Assembly (NCBI GenBank): GCA_963666835.2
Contig: CAXXGO010000006.1
Location: 1,024,001-1,088,000, forward strand
Direction: 5' to 3'
Source of the DNA: Phycisphaerae bacterium
Lineage (GTDB): Bacteria > Planctomycetota > Phycisphaerae > UBA1845
DNA: 64,000 nucleotides
The notes under the pieces were generated by a model. That model saw only the letters and a program-made list of their open reading frames with translations, had not been told where the DNA came from and did not search any database. Numbering within the stretch: the stretch's first letter is position 1; every line of letters begins with the position of its first letter. This document shows, in pieces, positions 55,375 through 64,000 of this stretch. The position numbers and the translations under genes are program-made.

Positions 55375-55489
55375 GGCCGAACAACGGGGATCTGACGTCC
55401 TTTTGCCGGCCGACCACAGTCATTGCATTCGTGCTACCTTGCGGCACCGGGCGGGTTGCTCCGTTCGGTGCCGCGGGTGGTTTGTGGGT

Positions 55490-56398
55490 CGCGCATTCAC
55501 GTACGATCGTGAGCGTGTTCAGGTGTCGGGAGAGACAACGTATTGGCACAGGTACACCGGCAAGCAGACTCGGGTGGGGCCGGATGGGACGGAGACTCCG
55601 AGCCGGTTTCGACGACGTACTACTTCTACAACGCCGTGGGCAATCCTCTGCGGGTGGTCACCGAGCCGGGTTCGACGGCTGCAATCGCGGCCGCGGCAAG
55701 GGCTCTGGATTCCGACATGGCCGCAGCCTTCGGGACTCCTTCGCCTACTCCCCTGCTTAGCAGGGAGGGGTCGGAGGAGGTTCTGCCGGATGCACGGTTC
55801 ACGGGCACCGCTGACGTCCCGAAGGCGGGCGAGCGGGAGTACATGGCCGTGCGGTTTGGGTATGCGGTTAACGGTACGGCCGTCGGCTTCGTGATGGGCG
55901 AGCGGTGGCGGTGGGATCCGGACGCGGGCGGGGATCCGACGGATTTTGAGATTACATACGCGCGCGAGTTTCGGTATGATGGAGGTCGGCAGAGGTATCT
56001 GAATCGGCAGTTGGATCCCGCGGCCTTGCAGGAGTCCGGGCAGTTGGTCTCTTTGCGCGATACGTGGTCGGACTACTCCGGGGATTCGGTCTACGCCGAT
56101 TACAGCTTCGACGGCGGCGTGCCGGAGGTCTCGCGGATCTACGAGCCCGGCGTCGGGATGTCGGTGGACCCCACGGCCGTGGCGGGCACGCGGTATTATC
56201 ACGCTGACCATCTGGGCACAACCCGGTTCACGTCGGACGGTGCCACCGGTGCGGCCGCGGACAGTTCCAGCTACGAGGCCTTCGGTGCTCAGATCGACGG
56301 GACGAACCGCCGCTATGGCTACGCCGGTGCCTACGGCTACCAGTCGCACGACATCGATGAAGTGGCCGCCCTCGACCCGCCACTAGACCCGGCCACGG
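55490..56398 (+). pseudogene. Truncated, frameshifted orphan Rhs cassette 8 (no toxin tip)
   Basis: [10 protein letters not shown] start, deletion near 55600, then a cassette-3-type core that breaks after DPPLDPAT. Confidence 0.8.
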
Positions 56399-56567
56399 CT
56401 TCAGGGCCAGCGCACATTAGATCCCTGGCGTCACAAGGACTTACAGTCTGCCAACGGCGTGTCCCCAGGGGAATTGTGACACTGCCAGTCCGCCGCCCAA
56501 GCACTCCCACAGCGTTTTTCTCGAGGAAGGCGGGATTGCAGCTTTGCGGTCGGGTTTCCCATATTGC

Positions 56568-56984
56568 CTATTCGTCCCATTTATGCGCACTGGCCCTGCA
56601 CGGCGCCCCCGGGGTCCTGATGTAGTCCGATACTCTGGTCATATACCCGGACAGCTCACGATAGGAGCGTAGTAACATGATCGCCGATGCAATGCCGTGG
56701 TCGATCTGCATTTGCCCCGGATCTGGGCTCACGCCAAAGTCTTTACCTAAGGCGAAATAGTTGCGAAGCGCCTTTCCGTTAGTTCCGAGGCAACAGGTTT
56801 GCGCGTGTTCCTCGATGTCATCAAGCACCGTGCGGTTGGTGTTAGGCAGGCAAAGAAGGTCGTCAAGAGTGTCAACATGTAGCCGGACTGGTGTGCCCAG
56901 CAGGTATTGGAGCTTACGTTCGGTTTTGACGGGGGTTTGTTCGGTGAAGTATGCACGCACGAAGTGCGATAGCAGGTACCGCAT
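56568..56984 (-). CDS. Hypothetical protein or fragment with a DHG..SA motif (HD-like)
   Basis: ATG abuts the XRE stop codon; QIDHGIASAIMLL. Confidence 0.4.
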   Translation of the reverse strand: MRYLLSHFVRAYFTEQTPVKTERKLQYLLGTPVRLHVDTLDDLLCLPNTNRTVLDDIEEHAQTCCLGTNGKALRNYFALGKDFGVSPDPGQMQIDHGIASAIMLLRSYRELSGYMTRVSDYIRTPGAPCRASAHKWDE

Positions 56985-57389
56985 TCACTTCGCCGGCTTC
57001 CGTCGTGGTGTTGCATCGGACTCCTTGGATCTCGTTGGGTCCGACAGCTCCGTTCCTTGCAGGATCTGCTCAAGCTTCCGTGTGACATTACGGGTGCTCT
57101 TGAGGATTTCCGAAAGGAGACGCCGAGGCACGACGCAGAACTCCCCGCCGTCAGGGACGGGCGACGCCAAGCTCTCCACCGACACGTCCAAGAACTCCGC
57201 GATTCTCTTTATGTCATCGGGGGCAGGGTTTGCCACTCCCGTTAGCCACTTGCTGACCTTCCCCTGCGATTCGCCAATCCCGATGGCCAAGTCGCGCTGT
57301 CGCAGGCCCTTCAGTTGGAGTTGCGCCCGCACCGTACGGCGAAAAATCTCCCAAAACGGTGAATTTTCTCTTGACTCGGTGGGGTTCAC
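56985..57389 (-). CDS. XRE-family HTH regulator
   Basis: LRQRDLAIGIGESQGKVSKWLTGVANP..IAEFLDVSVESL; start uncertain. Confidence 0.75.
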   Translation of the reverse strand: MNPTESRENSPFWEIFRRTVRAQLQLKGLRQRDLAIGIGESQGKVSKWLTGVANPAPDDIKRIAEFLDVSVESLASPVPDGGEFCVVPRRLLSEILKSTRNVTRKLEQILQGTELSDPTRSKESDATPRRKPAK

Positions 57390-57732
57390 GGTGTATGTTT
57401 TCCAATAGAGGCGAGTGCTTGGGCGAACGGCACAGGACGGAGCCCGCACTTCGGATCCCGCCGAGCGCAAGTGTGGCGGAAACAAGTTTCACAACGCTCC
57501 TGTCGGAAAGGGCGCAAGGAAGTAACTGAGTACACACGGTCGGAGCAAAGCACGTACAAGATCCTTCTGGCCGTCCATGAAGAGTCAAGTTCCCCGCCGT
57601 CGTGAGAGGAGAACTTACTCAGGATACTTGCCCGAAGGGCCGTCAGTCAAGCTGCGGTGGTTGTCTTGCCGGGTGAGGTGCGCGCGGAGCGTAGACGGCA
57701 TGTGGTTGCGTGCGGATGTTGGCTGTCTGACT

Positions 57733-57940
57733 TCCCCCCTTAACGAGGGGGGATTGAGGGGAGTCTGCGCGGGAGATGCGGCGTTGGGTAAGCCGTTGAC
57801 TCGAAAGGGCGGGAAATCTCCCCCAACCCCTCCTTCGTGAGGAGGGGAGTAAGAGGACAACCTCGCCCGGGCCTTCCTTGGCATGGAGGAGAGCAGGAGG
57901 ACGACCTCCCCTGGCCCCTCCTTGGTAAGGAGGGGAGGAA
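57733..57940. repeat. Cluster of CCCCTCCTT-N-AGGAGGGG palindromes
   Basis: Three to four related hairpins. Confidence 0.6.
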
Positions 57941-58053
57941 GAGGGGGACGCGGGTGTGGTAGCTCTTATCACCTGAACAGGTGATACCGGGCGGGTATCG
58001 AGTCTTGGGGCGGTAGTTGGTTCATTGGAAGCGAAGCGGCTTGGCCGCGGTGG

Positions 58054-58380
58054 GTGCTCAAGGTGCGCGCCGGCGGGGCCGAGTTGTCGGAGGCGGTCGG
58101 GATGCTCAATGAGGCGGATGCTCGGTACTTCGCGGCGTTGGTGGCGGTGCGCGAGGTGATCGGGCAGGAGGGGCTTCATTTCGAACGTCTGCCCGAAGCG
58201 TTGGAGGCGTTGCTCGATCGGTGCAGGCCCGAGGTGCTGTTCAGCGTGATCGCCGAGTGTCTTGAACGGCTGCTGGGCACCGAGACGCTCCAGCGGGTCA
58301 AGGAGATTCAGATCGAGGCCGGGGCAAGTCCCCGGATTGACGAGGGCAACGGGCGGAGATGCCACGGGTGTGGCAGGTAG
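58054..58380 (+). CDS. Hypothetical protein
   Basis: Coding-like composition only. Confidence 0.4.
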   Translation: MLKVRAGGAELSEAVGMLNEADARYFAALVAVREVIGQEGLHFERLPEALEALLDRCRPEVLFSVIAECLERLLGTETLQRVKEIQIEAGASPRIDEGNGRRCHGCGR

Positions 58381-59100
58381 TTATGGCGGACGGTCGGGGC
58401 AGATGTCGGGGTACGGAGGGCGCGGTTGGGGATCTTCACTGGCGAAGTGCAGGCGCATGCCGCAGGATTCATCCTCCCTCCGGGTGGGGCACCGGTCAAC
58501 TGGAACGGGCCGGTGCCCCCGTTCTTCGACCCCCCGGCCACTGACGGCTGCGTCCAGGGACTGCGAGTCCCTTCCCTTGCGGAGACCCCGACCGGCCTTC
58601 CTCGGTCGGGGTCTCCCGGTTTGGCCGACAGGCCGGCCGAGGTCGGTTTACCGTCAGTACCGCAAGCCTCAGCGCCCGGCCCTCGGTACGCACATAGGCT
58701 GCGGCAGGTCTCGTGGCTCGTCGGGGACCTTGGTGGTCCGTGGAACGGCCCCGGCTTCACCCCAGCAGGCTGCAGCGCGGTCGGGCTCCGGATGCTGCCC
58801 AGCCCGGCCAACCGAGGTATCTTGCACCAGGAAGCCAGATAGCCTGATGATCACGTCTCGATGCTGCAACACTGTACCTCCACCGGATGTTAGTACCCCT
58901 TAAGGGGAAGCTTCTACGGATACGCTTGACGTGGAGTCAGAGGGGGTGCAATATTCGTCGATAGCATATGCTGGGCAACTGCAAGGTCGTCGTTCTTATC
59001 GCGGTGGGACTTGGCCGGCCCGCCCGGGATGGTGGGGCACTCCTCACGCGAGAGGGGTGTCGTGGAGTCCTTGGAGTGCTTTCATATCTGGAGAAGTGTC

Positions 59101-59634
59101 ATGAAAAAGCTGCTAACGGGGTTAACGGTATTGGGGCTTTGCGCGGGGCTGCTCGGGGTATCGTCACTTCTGTACGCCGCCGACCCAGAGCCGGTTGAGT
59201 CGACCGACGCGCAGGCAGAGCAAGAGGAGGACGCCGCTTGGGACGCCTGGCGTACGGACTTCGAAGCCCGGCTGGCCGTGGATGAGGAGTACCTCGCGGC
59301 CGAGGAGGCGTTGGCGGGCTGGGTCGGCGAGGACGACGAGGAGTACGCGATTCTCGAGGACGCATGTGCCCGGCGATATCGAGAAGTTGCTCTGGTGGTA
59401 TACGAAGGGCATTTCGGCGAATGGACCGGCACAATGGACGAGTTCGACGAGGCGGTGGCCGAGCAACCCAGCGACTTCGCCAAGTCCTGCACCAAGGACG
59501 CGATAGATGGTTGCGGACAGGGCAAAGTCTGCTGGGTGAAAGCCGACGCGAAGAACGGTATATGCGGGTGCGCTTGTGCCGGCCCGAAAGGCGAGTGCCC
59601 GGACTATCCGGCCGCTAGCATGTCGACTGAATAG
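59101..59634 (+). CDS. Exported protein with an acidic helical region and a Cys-rich C-terminus
   Basis: GGAG RBS, signal peptide MKKLL..; candidate promoter TTGACG-N17-CAATAT at 58926. Confidence 0.8.
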   Translation: MKKLLTGLTVLGLCAGLLGVSSLLYAADPEPVESTDAQAEQEEDAAWDAWRTDFEARLAVDEEYLAAEEALAGWVGEDDEEYAILEDACARRYREVALVVYEGHFGEWTGTMDEFDEAVAEQPSDFAKSCTKDAIDGCGQGKVCWVKADAKNGICGCACAGPKGECPDYPAASMSTE

Positions 59635-59680
59635 CCGACGCGCCAACATGCGGTATTGATCGGAAGAAGACAGCCCAAAG

Positions 59681-59719
59681 AGGGGGAGCCGGATTCCACC
59701 GGCTCTCCCTTCGTTCTTT
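59681..59719 (+). terminator. Intrinsic terminator
   Basis: AGGGGGAGCCGG..CCGGCTCTCCCT followed by TCGTTCTTT. Confidence 0.65.
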
Positions 59720-60186
59720 GGTTTAACCGGCAGCCCCTCGACGCAGGCGACGACGTCAGTGCCATCGGGCTAGCGCCGGAAACACACGATCGCAAGGCCG
59801 GTACGAAAACTCTGCAACCGAGGACGGGGTGCAGCCTGCGAAGCTACCTGACGGAAGAAGCGGAGAATTCGTGATGCTCTGTTCTCCCTTTGAACTCGCA
59901 CGGTGCGGACCGTCGGGCAGCCCACGGAGTTGATATCGGCATGATTCGTCGGCCCACGCCACCAAACGGGTGCGGCCCGGTGGGTGTCTGCCTGTCCTCG
60001 TTGATGACACTTGTTGAAAACCACGTGTTACGTCAGTACAGTGCCGGGCGGTGGTCCGTCTGGAGTCTGTGCGGGACCGGGTCTGCGCCATCTTGGCTGA
60101 GAGGAAGTCCACGCACTTCGCGGTGTTCGGCGTTGCGGACGAGGCCTGCCGGAAGCCGTTGGAGCGACTGGAGGTAGAGTCAGGTC

Positions 60187-61971
60187 ATGATCTCCAGCAT
60201 GTTGGCCGTCGCCTCGGAAACCGATTGGGCCATTATCACGAACTTGGTCGTGATCCTGGTAAGCGCCGCCGTCGTGGCCGTAGTCATGCAGCCCATGCGG
60301 CTGGCCGCGATTCCTGCCTACCTGATCGCGGGCGCTGTGGTCGGGCCGCGGACACTCGGGTTGGTTCCTTCGTCGGAGAACCTCGGCGCCATCTCGCACT
60401 TGGCCATCATCCTGCTTCTGTTCGGGATCGGACTGGAACTGCACCTTTCGGTCCTGCGGCACCGCTTGGCGCGTATGGTTCTCGTGGGGGTCGGATCCTG
60501 TCTGCTCTCTGTGGCTGCGGGCTGGCCGGTCGCGATCTGGTTCGGATTGACGCCTCCGGCGGCGCTGGTGGTCTGCATGGCGCTGGCGCTTTCGTCCACG
60601 GCGGTGGTTCTGCGCATCATTGCGGAACGGCGGGAGATTCGCAGGGCGCGCGGCCGGTTGGCAGTTTCGATCCTCGTGATTCAAGACATGATCGTCTTGG
60701 GGATGTTGGCGGCACTGCCGGCGGTGGCCGAATGGGCCGACGTCGCCGTCGGTACGCCGGTGGATCAGTCCGATTCGGCGGGCGCCCCCAAGAGCTGGCT
60801 GCGATTCGTTGCAGATGCTACCGTCCGGGTCGCGGCGGCGGGAGCGCTTATCGTCCTCGGCCGACTCGTCCTTCCGCGGATTCTGCGCGAATCGCTTAAG
60901 GGGCGGTCCTTGGAGGTGATGACCCTTGCCGGCGTGGCGGCGGCGCTTCTTGCGGCCGTTACGGCGCAGGGCATCGGGTTCAGCTTGGAGATGGGCGCGT
61001 TTCTGGCCGGGCTCGTGCTTGCGGGGACACCGTTTCGGCACCAACTCAGCGGCCAGATTGGGCCGTTGCGGGATATCTTCATTGCGGTGTTCTTTACGAC
61101 TCTCGGTATGAAGCTGGATCCGAGTATCGTCGCCCAGTGGTGGTGGGTTATTCTGGCGGGCGGGGCGGTGATGATTGCGCTCAAGGCCGTCTTGATCTCC
61201 GGCGTTTGCTGGGCGCTCGGAACCACGGCCGGCATCGCCATTGCGGTGGGCTTCTCGCTTGCCCAGGCGGGGGAGTTCAGCCTCATCGTGCTCGACACGG
61301 CGCACGGCAAGGGGATTCTCGATGATGCGACGGCGGCAACGGCCATCGCCATTGTGGTTATGTCGCTGATCATCACACCGGCGTTGGTTGAACTCGGCGG
61401 CCGGATCGCTCGGGTGGCATCCAAGATCGGACCCGCCCCGTGGATCAAGACAGCGCTGCTGCGTGAGTCCGGCCATGTGCCGCCGTCCCAGCGGACCCAG
61501 CACGTGATCATTGCCGGTCATGGTCCCATCGGAGCGTTGATTGCGGAAGAGCTGGAACGGGCGGGCGGCACCTGCACCATTGTGGAACTCAACCCGGCCA
61601 CCGTGCAGGAGCAGTCTCGGCGAGGTCGGACCGTCATCTTCGGCGACGTCGGTAATCCGGAAGTGCTCGAGTCGGCGGGGATCGGCACCGCGGATGCTTT
61701 GGTCATTACCATTCCCGACGAAGAGGCCGTTTTGCGCACTTGTGCAGTTGCCCGCCGGCGCGCCCCGGACATTTTCATTGCCGCCCGGACGCGCGTAGTC
61801 AGCGAGCAGGCGGCGCTTACCGAGGTCGGTGCCGACTCTGTGACAGTAGACGAGACGTCCGCGGCGTCGGAGATGTTGCGGGCGGTCATGGATCGCATCG
61901 GTATTAACGCGGACATGGAACCGCTCGGTGAGGGACTGCGTTCCGACAAACCTGCCGACTCGGTCGGCTGA
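60187..61971 (+). CDS. CPA2/Kef-type cation:proton antiporter with a TrkA-N domain
   Basis: LLFGIGLE, LSSTAVV, IQD, GAFLAG, QAGEF, IAGHGPIG. Confidence 0.92.
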   Translation: MISSMLAVASETDWAIITNLVVILVSAAVVAVVMQPMRLAAIPAYLIAGAVVGPRTLGLVPSSENLGAISHLAIILLLFGIGLELHLSVLRHRLARMVLVGVGSCLLSVAAGWPVAIWFGLTPPAALVVCMALALSSTAVVLRIIAERREIRRARGRLAVSILVIQDMIVLGMLAALPAVAEWADVAVGTPVDQSDSAGAPKSWLRFVADATVRVAAAGALIVLGRLVLPRILRESLKGRSLEVMTLAGVAAALLAAVTAQGIGFSLEMGAFLAGLVLAGTPFRHQLSGQIGPLRDIFIAVFFTTLGMKLDPSIVAQWWWVILAGGAVMIALKAVLISGVCWALGTTAGIAIAVGFSLAQAGEFSLIVLDTAHGKGILDDATAATAIAIVVMSLIITPALVELGGRIARVASKIGPAPWIKTALLRESGHVPPSQRTQHVIIAGHGPIGALIAEELERAGGTCTIVELNPATVQEQSRRGRTVIFGDVGNPEVLESAGIGTADALVITIPDEEAVLRTCAVARRRAPDIFIAARTRVVSEQAALTEVGADSVTVDETSAASEMLRAVMDRIGINADMEPLGEGLRSDKPADSVG

Positions 61972-62027
61972 CCAGGGCGGCGCAGGGGGTTTCAGTAAGC
62001 GATACGAATTTGCGAGGGCTGCCACGG

Positions 62028-63467
<1,440 letters not shown>

Positions 63468-63487
63468 TCCGAGGACTGATTTCTGTG

Positions 63488-63634
63488 TGACCATACTGGT
63501 CAGTATCTGTCCAGAATGGTCATATTGTGTCCGATGTCGGCGTGTTCGGCACAGGCGGACGAGTTACGTAATGCTCTAATGGATAAGGGTTTACGAGCTT
63601 TTCTCACGCGGGCCGCGGATGGCACGCGTCGTGT
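63488..63634 (+). promoter_or_regulatory. Candidate sigma54 promoter with tandem UAS palindromes
   Basis: TGACCATACTGGTCA at 63488 and TGTCCAGAATGGTCA at 63508; AT-rich spacer; TGGCACG-N4-GTGT at 63620 (imperfect -12). Confidence 0.45.
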
Positions 63635-63807
63635 GATAGAGCATGTCGGGAGCGGAAGCACTTCGGGGAGATTGACTCTTCGGGGTGGCGACCGGTGGAT
63701 CGAGCTTATCCGGTTCTGCGAGCGATGATCCGCGGCCGGAGGGGGCTCGGATTGGGGGCTGGGGTCTCCCGCAACCGGTAAGACCATTAGAGATGGAGGT
63801 ATTGACG

Positions 63808-64000
63808 ATGCGACGAGGAGATTCGAAACCACGGGCGAAGCGGCGACAGGAGATGCTACGCGAGTTGGCGGCCGAAGAGGCGATCTACGTCAACTCCGGC
63901 GGAGGATTGTCGCGTGCGGCGGAGGCCATCGATGCGCTGCGGCGGATGCGCGACGGCACGTACGGCATCTGCGCCGACTGTGAGAAGAAGATCCCCGCGG
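63808..64000 (+). CDS. TraR/DksA C4-type Zn-finger protein (partial, runs off the window)
   Basis: GGAGGT RBS; ALRRMRDGTYGICADCEKKIP. Confidence 0.85.
   Translation, partial: MRRGDSKPRAKRRQEMLRELAAEEAIYVNSGGGLSRAAEAIDALRRMRDGTYGICADCEKKIPA

Larger units (their letters stand above)
38645..55480 (+). repeat. Dispersed cassette-junction hairpin, 8 copies
   Basis: GCCACC-w-CGCGGCACCGRGCGG..CCGTTCGGTGCCGCGGGTGG at ~38645, 43195, 44953, 47734, 49542, 51692, 54179 and 55433. Confidence 0.9.

Noticed and set aside
38645..55480. Canonical integron attC sites
   Set aside because: No RYYYAAC/GTTRRRY boxes and no integron integrase in the window; kept only as an analogy.
60028..62025. Long minus-strand ORFs here and at 10936, 26439, 27607 and 34198
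   Set aside because: Antisense shadows of GC-rich plus-strand genes.

Overview
GC-rich bacterial chromosomal window, inferred to be Planctomycetota (probably Phycisphaerae) from its Cys-rich dockerin-like exported proteins, IPTL-CTERM/exosortase H system, TM + CxxCGY..CPECG proteins and REP styles. Nearly all real genes are on the + strand. 0.9-12 kb: exported Cys-rich proteins separated by dense GTAG-type REP clusters. 12.4-14.3 kb: a 1.9-kb element with two paralogous DUF1670-like genes and 15-bp subterminal inverted repeats. It sits at a duplicated CT inside a REP hairpin and has no recognisable transposase, so it is my best candidate for an undescribed mobile/recombination system. 14.5-31.8 kb: housekeeping genes (polA, UVR-domain protein, RlmN-like, amrS, gap, pgk, rpe, accD), plus a RAPP-ending membrane ORF, a second IPTL-CTERM protein and exosortase H with its partner. 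33.7-56.4 kb: an Rhs polymorphic-toxin locus. It has one long Rhs gene broken by a single in-frame TAA and seven orphan cassettes (six complete, the last truncated), each preceded by the same bulged hairpin. Most toxin tips are hydrophobic, and most immunity-position genes encode membrane proteins ending in a Zn-ribbon. A group II intron sits exactly in the CPECG codons of one immunity gene, and its EBS1 is complementary to those codons. 57-64 kb: XRE regulator, exported protein, Kef-type antiporter, sigma54 activator and a partial DksA/TraR gene. All calls are by eye; no database searches were run.
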